A stretch of 50,794 nucleotides of DNA from Anaerolineales bacterium UBA3001 (GCA_002346435.1 DDZT01000049.1:9341-60134); one strand, 5' to 3'; counted from the first letter of the stretch, positions 10,592 through 20,870 are shown. The notes: a model not told the origin generated them from the sequence alone. Numbers and translations are program-made.

Positions 10592-12925
10592 GTGAATATT
10601 CGCCATCAATACCTGCTTGTACTGGTACTAATCTTATTTGTCATAATCGGATCTGTATTTGCCGTAACAACACCTCTATTTGAGGCATCAGATGAATTAT
10701 GGCACTATCCAATGGTATGGAATATCGCACAAGGAAATGGTCTTCCTGTACTTAACCCAAATAATCCAGGTCCCTGGAGACAGGAAGCAGGACAACCGCC
10801 CCTATATTATTACATGATGGCCCTAGCAACAAGCTGGATAGATACATCTGATATGCATTCTGTTAGATGGTTAAACCCACATGTAGACACAGGCGTAGTA
10901 ACAATGGACGGCAATGTAAACATGGCTATCCATCCACCGAACACAAACTCCTGGCCATATACAGGAACAGAACTAGCTATGCGATTAATACGCATATTGT
11001 CTGTGATCATTAGTACAGGCACTGTATATCTAACATACCGACTTGCACTGGTCATAAAGCCTGGTCACTCACTGTTCGCGATTGGATCCGCATCAATACT
11101 TGCGTTTACTCCAATGTTCGTGTTCATATCAGGTTCAATCAACAACGATAATCTAGCAATGCTGATCGCAAGCGCAATTATATTAATCGCATCGAACGGA
11201 CATAATATAGATAAACACAAAGTTAAAATCGAGTTCACATTAAGAAAAAACCGTTATCCAATTGCAGGTCACATAAGCATTTTGCACGTACTATTAGGTG
11301 TACTGTTAGGACTAGGTGCACTCACTAAACTATCGCTGCTAACTTTGTTTCCAATAGTTGGGTTATCAATATCCTACAACAAAGCTCTGCACTGGTGGAA
11401 AGATCCAAATCGCAAATACTTTAAAGCTTATATTAGTTACGCATTGCTACTAACATTCCAATTGATCGTAATATATGGTGCTGCCATAGCAATATCTGGA
11501 TGGTGGTTTCTAAGAAATTTGAATCTATATGGTTCTATCACAGGAATAAATATGTTTGTAGAAGTTTTAGGAGAGCGATCTCACTCTGCTCCATTAGCAC
11601 AACTATGGAGTGAACGTATTGGATTCATGCAATCGTATTGGGGTCTCTTTGGCGCAGTTAATGTTCCATTACCACAATGGGTGTATGCAACACTAAACAC
11701 ACTATCCATAATATCTATAGCTGGGCTAATAATGTTATTGGTGCGCAAACTAAAAGAGAGTGGCTGGCAAAAAAACCAATGGTTTCCGTTAGCACTCAAC
11801 GTAGTATTTATATTGGTGGTAGTTGTTTCTCTGATTAGATGGGCAACTGATACATGGTCCTCACAAGGAAGACTAGTATTCACTGCAATTCAAAGTATTA
11901 CGGTGCTATTTACTTTAGGTGTATACAGTATAGTTCCAAGCAATTTTAACAAGGTGCGACCATTTATAATAACATCTTTGTCTCTCTTTATGTGTGCAAT
12001 CACCACAATCACCCCAAGCTATGTAATAGCGCCCGCATATACTGTGCAAAGAGCATCAAATCTGGAGAACCTCTCCATATCACAATCAATCGACCTATCA
12101 ACTAAATCCGGCAAACCTCAAATAAGACTGCTTGGATACACTTTACCATCATCTTCTGTGCGTCCCGGAGAAACTGTGGAATTAACATTATTCTGGACAT
12201 CAATTACGAATATGAATAACGACTGGAGCGTTTTTATACATCTACAAGATCCTAACGACATAATAGTAGCACAGAGGGATACGTACCCTGGTATAGGTCT
12301 ATTGCCTACCAGCTTAATGACGCCAGGCATAACCATTGAAGATAATTATGTAATACCAATATCGAATACTGTGAGTGCTCCAACAAACTTGCGTCTAACG
12401 GTCGGTTTATACAATTTCCAAACCGGAGAACGCCTGTACCAGCTTGGGGGAGAAGACCATATTTACATTGACACCCTAAAGCTTGAAGCTCACCCTGGTA
12501 GCCATCCCAATCCGCTGTCAGTGAATTTCCAGAACAATATTGAGCTTATAGGATATGATACAAACCCTCAAGTGATTACAACTGGACAAAATATCCATCT
12601 AACATTATATTGGCTATGTAAAAGAGACATGCAATATGATTACACTGTTTTTGCACAAGTAAGGGGTGATGGAAATCAGGTGTGGGGACAACATGACTCT
12701 TGGCCTGGAGCAGGATCTTATCCTACTACATCCTGCAAGCCTGGTGACATAATAGAAGATATCCATCCTATAGACATAGCACTCAATACACCTCAAGGAG
12801 TATATGACTTGCAAATTGGATTGTATGATGAAGCAGGAGCACGTTTGCAACGTATAAACTCCGATGGTCGATGGACTGAAAACTATGTCTCCCTTAACAA
12901 AATCAAAGTAACAACAGAACAGTAA
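10592..12925 (+). CDS. GT-C fold membrane glycosyltransferase (ArnT/PMT/DUF2142-like) with two C-terminal beta-rich repeats
   Basis: PLFEASDELWHY, QPPLYY, SINNDNL, QGRL, many TM helices; two LxGY...LxW...VF..(H/Q)...QxD..PG modules. Confidence 0.75.
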   Translation: MNIRHQYLLVLVLILFVIIGSVFAVTTPLFEASDELWHYPMVWNIAQGNGLPVLNPNNPGPWRQEAGQPPLYYYMMALATSWIDTSDMHSVRWLNPHVDTGVVTMDGNVNMAIHPPNTNSWPYTGTELAMRLIRILSVIISTGTVYLTYRLALVIKPGHSLFAIGSASILAFTPMFVFISGSINNDNLAMLIASAIILIASNGHNIDKHKVKIEFTLRKNRYPIAGHISILHVLLGVLLGLGALTKLSLLTLFPIVGLSISYNKALHWWKDPNRKYFKAYISYALLLTFQLIVIYGAAIAISGWWFLRNLNLYGSITGINMFVEVLGERSHSAPLAQLWSERIGFMQSYWGLFGAVNVPLPQWVYATLNTLSIISIAGLIMLLVRKLKESGWQKNQWFPLALNVVFILVVVVSLIRWATDTWSSQGRLVFTAIQSITVLFTLGVYSIVPSNFNKVRPFIITSLSLFMCAITTITPSYVIAPAYTVQRASNLENLSISQSIDLSTKSGKPQIRLLGYTLPSSSVRPGETVELTLFWTSITNMNNDWSVFIHLQDPNDIIVAQRDTYPGIGLLPTSLMTPGITIEDNYVIPISNTVSAPTNLRLTVGLYNFQTGERLYQLGGEDHIYIDTLKLEAHPGSHPNPLSVNFQNNIELIGYDTNPQVITTGQNIHLTLYWLCKRDMQYDYTVFAQVRGDGNQVWGQHDSWPGAGSYPTTSCKPGDIIEDIHPIDIALNTPQGVYDLQIGLYDEAGARLQRINSDGRWTENYVSLNKIKVTTEQ

Positions 12926-12927
12926 AT

Positions 12928-15156
12928 ATGCTGCCTATTATCCGAAAGGTTCAAGCCAATAAAACCATAATGCACTTTTGTGTTCTTTTGTTGTTATGGG
13001 CATTCTTTTTCTGGCGATTTCTTGTGGATGGTCCAAATCAGGTGGTTTTCCCAGACGGAGACTTTACACAACAGTTTTTTATGTTTAGAACAATAGCATT
13101 TCGTCAGCTCGTGTCTGGGCAGATGCCACTATGGACGGACTGCTTCTTCGGTGGGTACCCATTCCATGCTGACCCCCAAGCACAAATATTCTATCCGCCA
13201 GTTTTATTAAACTTTGGTGTATTGAGAATGTTAGGCTACGACAGTTTTCCTTTGTTAGCCTTAACAACCGAGACAATATTACATTATTTGGCTATAAGTA
13301 TATTTGGTTACTTGTTTCTAAAAGAAGAATGTGGAACCCGAATAGGAGCTTTGTCAGGATCAATTATATTAACTTATGGAGGATACCTTACCGGATACCC
13401 TCCATTACAAACAGCTAGTTTAGAGACTGCAACATGGATGCCTCTGATACTGTTAGCATTGCGTCGATTTGTGTCAACTGGAAGCGGACGTGCAATGGCT
13501 AGCGTAATTTTCACATACTCGGTGGCATTTCTTGCAGGCCATCCTCAAACATTCCTCCTTATAACATATTTAAGCATAGCTTACTTCTTTTATAGATCAA
13601 TAGTATCAGAACGTACTTTACGATGGGTTATATTCAGGTCCTCTATAATTTTCAGTCTACTAATACTAACTGTAGGTATACAACTCTTTCCACAAATGCA
13701 GTTTCTTGCACTATCAACTCGTTCAAGCCTGCCATTTGATGAATTATCAAGTGGTTTCGCAACTTACGATATTGTGCAATTCTTAGTAACCAGACTTGTC
13801 AACACTGATCTTTGGCAGCCACTATACATTGGAATAATGGGGCTAACGTTTGCTCTAATAGCTCTTCCTCTTAAACGTAGTGGGCCAGTACGCTTCTGGT
13901 TGGGAACCGCCATTGTATCTCTCTTAGTATCATTTGGAAGCAATCTGGCTGTTTATCAAATGGCGTACTGGCTGCTTCCTATATTTAAACTATTCAGAGG
14001 ACAGGAAAGAGCAGCTGTGATAATAGCGATGGCATCCTCAGTATTAGTATCAATAGCTGTGTCAACAATGACAAGTCCGCTCAACCGCAAACAACGAACT
14101 GTGTTGTTTGGCGCATTTAGATGGGTGAGAAATCTTGTACCCGTTGCTATAATATTATTAATCGTTTCTGTTGCAGCAGCTCAGAATTTTCCAGAGGTAT
14201 GGGAACATCTTCCAGCGCGATTAGGTCTTTTAGTTATAGGCATGGTGCTAACAGCATTTGTAATAACTATCAGGCCAATAAGACGTGTTTTTCCTGTAGC
14301 GCTTATTTTTGTAATCACCACAGAATTGTTCTCTGCCAATATGTCCACAAACGCATACGTACCATTTAATCCATACCCTGAATTATCACTAATAAAATCC
14401 CTTCGACTAGATGCTGATACAGGGCGCTGGTTCCGAGCACAGGATGATGCGCGCATGAAGGGACATTGGGCCTGTGCGTATGGGTTACGAGAATGGGGTG
14501 GTATTTCACCAATCCGTATGCAAACCTGGGTAGACTTCGATGAATTAGCTCCAGAGCATACAAGATTTAGGATGCTCGGGATTGACTATTTGATTTCATG
14601 GAAAATGCAACCAATGACCCGGGAGGGACTGCTTTTATCAGCTACTCCAATTTATCAAGGTATGGCACCGTCTGGCGACGCCAAAGTCTATCGTCTTCCT
14701 TGGGAAGCTCAAAGAGCATGGTTGGCAGAGACAACATATAATTTCATATCAACATCCGAGATGTGGAAATTTATACAATCTAATGATTTTGAACCAGATA
14801 AAGTTGCGCTTACATTATCATCAAAACAAATAATAAACTCTTCGGGCGGAAGTGTCAAAATATTATCTGATAGACCTGGTTATATTGAACTAGAGGTAAA
14901 TAATGAGGACGAATCTCTTCTAGTGTTCAGTGAGGCTTGGTACCCTGGTTGGACAGCAACAACTAATAATATTAAACAAACCACCGAAATGGTCAATGGA
15001 TATATCCAAGGTGCACATTTACAAAACCCAGGGCCACAAAGAGTTGTTTTAGAGTACGACCCCTTATTACTGAGACAAGGTTTAATAGCAAGCATAATAG
15101 GTTTAGTACTGACCTTATCTCTATACTTTTGGAAGCAGGGTGACACAAATGATTGA
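12928..15156 (+). CDS. YfhO-family (GT-C) membrane protein
   Basis: GDFTQQF, GQMPLW..FGGYPFHADPQAQIFYP, LAGHPQ, C-terminal SEAWYPGW...VNG domain plus TM helix. Confidence 0.8.
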   Translation: MLPIIRKVQANKTIMHFCVLLLLWAFFFWRFLVDGPNQVVFPDGDFTQQFFMFRTIAFRQLVSGQMPLWTDCFFGGYPFHADPQAQIFYPPVLLNFGVLRMLGYDSFPLLALTTETILHYLAISIFGYLFLKEECGTRIGALSGSIILTYGGYLTGYPPLQTASLETATWMPLILLALRRFVSTGSGRAMASVIFTYSVAFLAGHPQTFLLITYLSIAYFFYRSIVSERTLRWVIFRSSIIFSLLILTVGIQLFPQMQFLALSTRSSLPFDELSSGFATYDIVQFLVTRLVNTDLWQPLYIGIMGLTFALIALPLKRSGPVRFWLGTAIVSLLVSFGSNLAVYQMAYWLLPIFKLFRGQERAAVIIAMASSVLVSIAVSTMTSPLNRKQRTVLFGAFRWVRNLVPVAIILLIVSVAAAQNFPEVWEHLPARLGLLVIGMVLTAFVITIRPIRRVFPVALIFVITTELFSANMSTNAYVPFNPYPELSLIKSLRLDADTGRWFRAQDDARMKGHWACAYGLREWGGISPIRMQTWVDFDELAPEHTRFRMLGIDYLISWKMQPMTREGLLLSATPIYQGMAPSGDAKVYRLPWEAQRAWLAETTYNFISTSEMWKFIQSNDFEPDKVALTLSSKQIINSSGGSVKILSDRPGYIELEVNNEDESLLVFSEAWYPGWTATTNNIKQTTEMVNGYIQGAHLQNPGPQRVVLEYDPLLLRQGLIASIIGLVLTLSLYFWKQGDTND

Positions 15157-16573
15157 TTCCTACAAGAAGTCAGGGTACTTTGAGTCCACTGTTGTAGGAA
15201 CAGTAATAGCTTTATTATCAACAACCATTGGTGCGCTAGTTAGCTTAGTAGGTACTTGGATAGCAAGTGGCATCCTGTTGTCTGTAACATTCATTACTTG
15301 GGCATTAATTCACTCAGAGCTCGCTCTTTTGTCTACTATTGTTGTCTACTCTCTTATCCCATTCGGTACACTCCCATTTAAATTTATATTGACCCCCACA
15401 TTTTTGGACATTACTATCGCAACTGTCTATTTGGTTTTTTTCTTACAACGTCTAAAACGCGATCGTCGTCCTTTTATTTCTACTCCCGCTCATATACCAA
15501 TTATCATATTTATTATGTTGTCTGTTTTATCTTTCGTTTTGGGTTCGAGCAATACACTTATCGGTCCTAATTTATTGCGTAAATTCGTAGGTTATATACT
15601 CAATATATCAATGGCTTTAATTATAGTCGACCAAGTACACAACAGATACATTCTCAAACGCATAATAAGAATAATTCTATTATCAGGGTTTGCTGCAGCT
15701 ATACTAGGTATCGGTCTATATTTTGCTCCACGAAATTTGTCTGAACTAATCTTAAATTACCTTAGCGTCTTCAATTATCCTAGCGGTAACGTATTACGAT
15801 ATATTGAGGACAATCCTGCAAACCCCCTACGAGCTATAGGCACCTCTGTGGATCCTAATATATTTGGTGGGCTGTTAGCAATAGTAGCTGCTCTTCTTGT
15901 GCCACAAATAACTTCCAGTAAGCCTATTTTTAAGCAGAAGTTTACAAGCATGCTAATGCTTGTTGTGATAATAACTTCTCTCTTGCTCACTTATTCTCGT
16001 ACTGCAATGTCTGCTCTATTAGCATCGATGATATTTGTTGCCGTCATAAAGAATAGAAAAGTATTATGGATAATATCCGCTATGACAATATTGATATTAT
16101 TTCTACCTTTGTCGCAACAGTATGTCTCCCACTTTACAGATGCTATCAAAGGTCAAGACTTAGCCACCAGTATGCGGTTAGGTGAATACAAAGATGCGCT
16201 AATTCTTATAAGCCGTTATCCTGCTTTCGGGGTCGGTTTTGGAGGAACGCCTGATATAGACATATATTTAGGAGTTTCAAGTGCTTATTTACTACTATCT
16301 GAACAAGTAGGACTAATAGGTTTTACTAGTTTTGTGATAATAATTACCAGTGTGTTTGTATGGGGTATCCAACACAGATCAGCTTCACTCACGAACAAGG
16401 ATTTGTCTTCTCAATGGTTGGGTATATATGGAGCACTTGTAGCTACTACAATAATTGGTGTGTTTGATCACTATTTTGTTAATCTAGATTTTCAGTCTTC
16501 TCAAACTTGTTTCTGGGTCATAGTAGGATTAGCTCTATCAGTAACCCGAATTTCTCAAGAAATCAAGAATTAA
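15140..16573 (+). CDS. O-antigen ligase/Wzy_C family membrane protein
   Basis: RAIGTSVDPNIFGG, LLTYSRTA, SMRL..Y...I..YP.FGVGFG, EQVGLIG; many TM helices. Confidence 0.85.
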   Translation: MTQMIDSYKKSGYFESTVVGTVIALLSTTIGALVSLVGTWIASGILLSVTFITWALIHSELALLSTIVVYSLIPFGTLPFKFILTPTFLDITIATVYLVFFLQRLKRDRRPFISTPAHIPIIIFIMLSVLSFVLGSSNTLIGPNLLRKFVGYILNISMALIIVDQVHNRYILKRIIRIILLSGFAAAILGIGLYFAPRNLSELILNYLSVFNYPSGNVLRYIEDNPANPLRAIGTSVDPNIFGGLLAIVAALLVPQITSSKPIFKQKFTSMLMLVVIITSLLLTYSRTAMSALLASMIFVAVIKNRKVLWIISAMTILILFLPLSQQYVSHFTDAIKGQDLATSMRLGEYKDALILISRYPAFGVGFGGTPDIDIYLGVSSAYLLLSEQVGLIGFTSFVIIITSVFVWGIQHRSASLTNKDLSSQWLGIYGALVATTIIGVFDHYFVNLDFQSSQTCFWVIVGLALSVTRISQEIKN

Positions 16574-18002
16574 AGTAGTTAAATATCATTCGCGAAATAT
16601 TTGCGACAATGGGAGCACTAACTTCCCATTCAAGATACTCCGACTGCCACACATAAATAACCACTACGTAATCACCTCCCGGAGAAAATACAATTCCAGC
16701 ATCACCTATAGTATCACCATCGCCAAACCCATGTTTGTGAGCAACAGATACACCCTCTGGTACCCCTGCCTCTATTAATGTAGCAATTTTGTTTCTGCTG
16801 AGTAAATCTAAAATAGACTGGCATTCCTGTTGAGTGATTGCATCCGCAAACACTACTGATATTCCTCCGCCACCATCCCGACCACATTGATACAACATAG
16901 TCAGTAGACTTGCCATATCGTCTGATGTAGTCTGCATAAATTCGTCTGGCTCAGTGTCAACATCAGTACGTCTGTTTGCAATAGTTTGAACCTCTGGTGG
17001 CAATCCACCCTCTTGATCAAAATAACCAGCCATAAAAGTATTATTTAATCCTAAAAGTTGCATATTGGAAGTCAATACAGAAGCGCCAATAATCTTATCT
17101 CCGTTGCCAATCTGGCTCAGCAAAATATTAGCGTGCAAATTAGAGGACTCTACTATTGAACCTTCAATCAATTTAGCTGTTTCCTCAAAAGGATCATTGT
17201 CAAGCACTCTATAAGTTTCCAGTATGATGGGGATCTTCATAATGCTAAGCCCGGCATAAGCTATTCCTTGATTGATGCTGAGTTGATCTCCACTCAATAA
17301 ATCAACAACTTCTACGCTAACTACTCCTTTAAAATCCTGTTGTTCGATATAGCTATCAAGCAACTTTTCCAAAGCATTTATGGTAGGAATATCACTCGAG
17401 CTATCTTGTACTGTTAAAATCACTCGCCTATTTGTTGGTACGCGTAAAGCCATATCTATTATTGCCATTGAAGATTCTATGTCCAAACTGTACCCTGGAG
17501 ACCCAGGCACTATAACAAGAGATTGTGCATCCAATTTCGGAGGAATAGGTGGTAAATCATAACGTGCAGACAGGTCAACCAAAAAACCACGCAGCTGGGA
17601 CCTCGAATATTCAGCAACTATCGGTACAACAGCTGGGTCACTAGGACGCCGCCATAAATAATCCCAGTAGCTAGACCAAAAACTAGTGTCTGTCCTGTAT
17701 GTATCGGCAATTGCAAGCATAGATTCAGTTTCTAGACGAAAGCTAATTTCTGCAGGTTCCAAATAAAACACATCATTTTGAAAATGAAGCTCCACAGGAG
17801 TTGCATACACCCGAGTCAATGTATCCTCAGCATCTCCCAGTGTCATGCCACCAACTGGCACACCGGCTATGGTCATCCCAAACTGTAAGTTAGATCTTAT
17901 GTTTTGGTAAGACACTAGTTGTAGTACTAACGCCAACACCGACGCAAGTATCAACAATATAGCAGTCCATTCAAGTAGTGTAGTATTAGGTCGGCGCTTC
18001 AT
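16563..18002 (-). CDS. Membrane-anchored serine hydrolase (class A beta-lactamase/PBP-like) with VanW/PG_binding_4-like N-terminal region
   Basis: SxxK (SIMK), SxN (SSN), AHKHG, DAGIV; N-terminal TM then IAGVPVGGMT; ATG 18002 preferred. Confidence 0.8.
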   Translation of the reverse strand: MKRRPNTTLLEWTAILLILASVLALVLQLVSYQNIRSNLQFGMTIAGVPVGGMTLGDAEDTLTRVYATPVELHFQNDVFYLEPAEISFRLETESMLAIADTYRTDTSFWSSYWDYLWRRPSDPAVVPIVAEYSRSQLRGFLVDLSARYDLPPIPPKLDAQSLVIVPGSPGYSLDIESSMAIIDMALRVPTNRRVILTVQDSSSDIPTINALEKLLDSYIEQQDFKGVVSVEVVDLLSGDQLSINQGIAYAGLSIMKIPIILETYRVLDNDPFEETAKLIEGSIVESSNLHANILLSQIGNGDKIIGASVLTSNMQLLGLNNTFMAGYFDQEGGLPPEVQTIANRRTDVDTEPDEFMQTTSDDMASLLTMLYQCGRDGGGGISVVFADAITQQECQSILDLLSRNKIATLIEAGVPEGVSVAHKHGFGDGDTIGDAGIVFSPGGDYVVVIYVWQSEYLEWEVSAPIVANISRMIFNYFNS

Positions 18003-18198
18003 AATATTTGCTATATATAGCTGGAGTATATCATGGTCAATATTGATAACCTTCAAGCAATTTGACATGAAATGTCGCTGCTCATATACTTTACGCTTGT
18101 AATATACGACGAGCAAATTGTTACAATGTCAGAAAATGTTATGAATATGTTCTTGTACATGTATTATTGTTAATATCATTTTGGCAACCACATATTAA

Positions 18199-18504
18199 TT
18201 GTTTATGAATCGCTCAAATTTGCGAATTAATCAGTTCATAGGTATAGTTATGGGACTGGTCGGAACTCTTATGGCAGCTAATTTCTGGCCAGAAATAAGA
18301 AACAGTGTTGGCGGTTGGAGTGGTGCTATATTATGGGGTGTTGCCCTTGGTGGTATGTTTGGATCAGTAGGGCACATATACACTATCGGCAAGTTTGTAA
18401 CAAAAAGCAACAACCGCCTGATAAACTCAAGCATTGGGTTGTTGCTTCCGTTTGCAATAATAGCCATGCTTTTGATTCTAATGAATATCAATGTTTTCAA
18501 TTAA
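18199..18504 (+). CDS. Small hypothetical membrane protein (about 3 TM helices)
   Basis: Gly-rich hydrophobic helices filling an intergenic gap; start may be ATG 18205. Confidence 0.6.
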   Translation: MFMNRSNLRINQFIGIVMGLVGTLMAANFWPEIRNSVGGWSGAILWGVALGGMFGSVGHIYTIGKFVTKSNNRLINSSIGLLLPFAIIAMLLILMNINVFN

Positions 18505-18650
18505 GTAATACCAATAAAAGCACTTCGGAAAATAAATTGTGCAAATGAAATGGGGAAACAAGAAATCATACGCGCCAAAATTGTCGACAGATTACTATCA
18601 ATACTTTATACTTCATGTGTTTGCACAACCCATAAGTAATTAATCTGAAC

Positions 18651-18674
18651 AGTACAGCAAATAGTACAGCAAAT
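18651..18674. repeat. 12-bp tandem duplication
   Basis: AGTACAGCAAAT x2 upstream of the trxA RBS. Confidence 0.8.
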
Positions 18675-18698
18675 AGTGAATGGAGGTTGCTTTAAACA

Positions 18699-19034
18699 AT
18701 GACAGCACCAATTGAAGTAGACAGTAAAACATTTGACAAAACCATATTACAGTCGGACAAACCTGTTATGTTGGACTTTTGGGCTCCATGGTGCGGACCA
18801 TGCAAAATGATAGCCCCAATACTTGATGAGCTTGCTACACAATACTCCGGAAAAGTTACTATAGCCAAAGTAAACACAGATGAGAATTCCGATTTAGCAA
18901 TGAAGTATGGTATACAGGGCATTCCCACAATGATTTTTATAAACCAAGGAGAAGAGGTAGATAGAGTGGTGGGTGCTAATACAACCACAACTTATACAAG
19001 TAAAATAGAAGCCATGTTGGAAAATGTTAGCTAG
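18699..19034 (+). CDS. trxA: Thioredoxin
   Basis: FWAPWCGPCK, GIPT; GGAGG RBS upstream. Confidence 0.97.
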   Translation: MTAPIEVDSKTFDKTILQSDKPVMLDFWAPWCGPCKMIAPILDELATQYSGKVTIAKVNTDENSDLAMKYGIQGIPTMIFINQGEEVDRVVGANTTTTYTSKIEAMLENVS

Positions 19035-19182
19035 GTCAAAAAGATATGTTCATACACAGGACAAGCAAATCTTTTCCTACTCTGCAACAATTATTTATAT
19101 CAAATGTTGTTCATGTGTTCGTTATAATATCCAATAATGATTAATGGATCTTGCAAGAACATTTCACTACATGTATCGATAC

Positions 19183-19221
19183 AAAAGGGAGGGCACCCAA
19201 CAAGTGACCCTCCCTTTTCTT
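19183..19221 (+). terminator. Intrinsic terminator-like hairpin between trxA and pyrG (possible pyrG attenuator)
   Basis: AAAAGGGAGGGCAC-ccaacaa-GTG(a)CCCTCCCTTTT followed by CTT. Confidence 0.7.
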
Positions 19222-19244
19222 ATAGCTATATATCCAGGCGCTAA

Positions 19245-20870
19245 GTGACTAAATACATTTTTGTTACTGGTGGAGTAGTAAGTTCTGTAGGCAAAGGCAT
19301 TGTAGCAGCAGCTATGGGTCGTATGCTCAAAGAAAGAGGCTTGCAAATATCAGTACAAAAACTGGATCCGTACCTTAACGTAGACCCTGGCACTATGTCA
19401 CCTTATCAACACGGAGAAGTCTTCGTAACCAACGATGGTGCTGAAACTGATTTGGATCTTGGGCATTACGAGCGATTTATAGATATTAATCTCCAGAGTG
19501 TTTGCAACGTCACTACAGGACAGCTCTATTCCGATATCATCACGGCAGAGCGCCGAGGAGATTACTTGGGAGGTACTATCCAGGTGATTCCTCATATTAC
19601 AAACGAAATCAAACGCCATATCAAAGAAGTGCCTATCGCAACAGGGGCAGACATCATAATAGTAGAGGTGGGCGGTACTATTGGTGACATAGAAAGCCTA
19701 CCCTTCTTAGAAGCTCTAAGACAGCTGCGTGCCGAACTTGGGAAAGACAATGCGGTTTACGTACATGTCACTTGGCTGCCTCACATTGGAGCCACAGGTG
19801 AATTAAAAACAAAACCCACCCAACATTCGGTCAGAGAGTTGCGATCTATTGGTATTTCGCCAGATGTAATAGTAGCACGCGCCGATTACGACATAGACCA
19901 AGAATTGTGCACCAAAATTGCTCTTTTTTGTGATGTGCCAGAACGAGCTGTTATACCTCTTACAACAACAAAGACTACTTATGAGGTGCCGCTGTTACTA
20001 GAGGAAAGAAATCTCGGCACTTATCTGGTTAACAACCTACAGCTTCATGACAAACTTAAAGCTCCAGACTGGTCAGAATGGAACAAATTAATCAAATCTG
20101 TTTACAACCAGGCAGACACTTTACAAATAGCTATAGTGGGCAAATATATAGAGCTTGAAGATGCCTACATTAGCATTAAAGAGGCCTTACGCCATGCTGG
20201 GTCAGCACAAAGTCACAACATAGAAATCATCTGGTTACAATCTAGCACACTCGAAATGAGCAACACTAATGAGTTACTTCAACAATGTGATGGTGTGATT
20301 GTTCCTGGTGGCTTTGGAGAACGTGGAGTAGAAGGAAAAATAGCTGCTGCCAACTGGGCAAGAACCAACAAGATTCCATACCTTGGTCTATGTCTAGGTA
20401 TGCAGGTAATGTGCATAGAGTTTGCCAGGTTTTTATTAGGTAAGAATGATGCAAACTCAACAGAATTTAACAAAGACACTTCTAATCCAATTATAGATCT
20501 AATGCCGAATCAACGTAACATTAGTGAAAAGGGTGGTACCATGCGCTTGGGTGTATACCCATGTATGCTAATACCTGGCACTCGCGCTGCAGAAGCATAC
20601 GGTAAGACAGAGAACTCAAATGTCAACGAGCGCCATCGTCACAGATTCGAATTCAACAATGAATATCGCCAAGTCTTCAGTGAAAACGGTATGGTGTTTT
20701 CAGGACTTTCACCAGACAAAGAATTAGTTGAAATTTCAGAACTTAGTGACCACCCTTTTATGCTAGGTAGCCAATTCCATCCTGAATTCATTTCTCGCCC
20801 TAATCGTCCACACCCTTTGTTTTCAGCTTTTGTAAAAGCATCAACAAAACTCAGATCCTCGCCTAGTTAA
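19245..20870 (+). CDS. pyrG: CTP synthase
   Basis: TKYIFVTGGVVSSVGKG, KLDPYLNVDPGTMSP, GLCLGMQ, QFHPEF. Confidence 0.98.
   Translation: MTKYIFVTGGVVSSVGKGIVAAAMGRMLKERGLQISVQKLDPYLNVDPGTMSPYQHGEVFVTNDGAETDLDLGHYERFIDINLQSVCNVTTGQLYSDIITAERRGDYLGGTIQVIPHITNEIKRHIKEVPIATGADIIIVEVGGTIGDIESLPFLEALRQLRAELGKDNAVYVHVTWLPHIGATGELKTKPTQHSVRELRSIGISPDVIVARADYDIDQELCTKIALFCDVPERAVIPLTTTKTTYEVPLLLEERNLGTYLVNNLQLHDKLKAPDWSEWNKLIKSVYNQADTLQIAIVGKYIELEDAYISIKEALRHAGSAQSHNIEIIWLQSSTLEMSNTNELLQQCDGVIVPGGFGERGVEGKIAAANWARTNKIPYLGLCLGMQVMCIEFARFLLGKNDANSTEFNKDTSNPIIDLMPNQRNISEKGGTMRLGVYPCMLIPGTRAAEAYGKTENSNVNERHRHRFEFNNEYRQVFSENGMVFSGLSPDKELVEISELSDHPFMLGSQFHPEFISRPNRPHPLFSAFVKASTKLRSSPS

Noticed and set aside
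16563-18002. Acquired beta-lactam resistance gene
   Set aside because: Membrane-anchored multidomain protein in core context with no mobile element nearby.
18231-18548. Alternative ORFs 18231-18500 (-) and 18315-18548 (+)
   Set aside because: The 18199-18504 frame gives a more coherent membrane protein.
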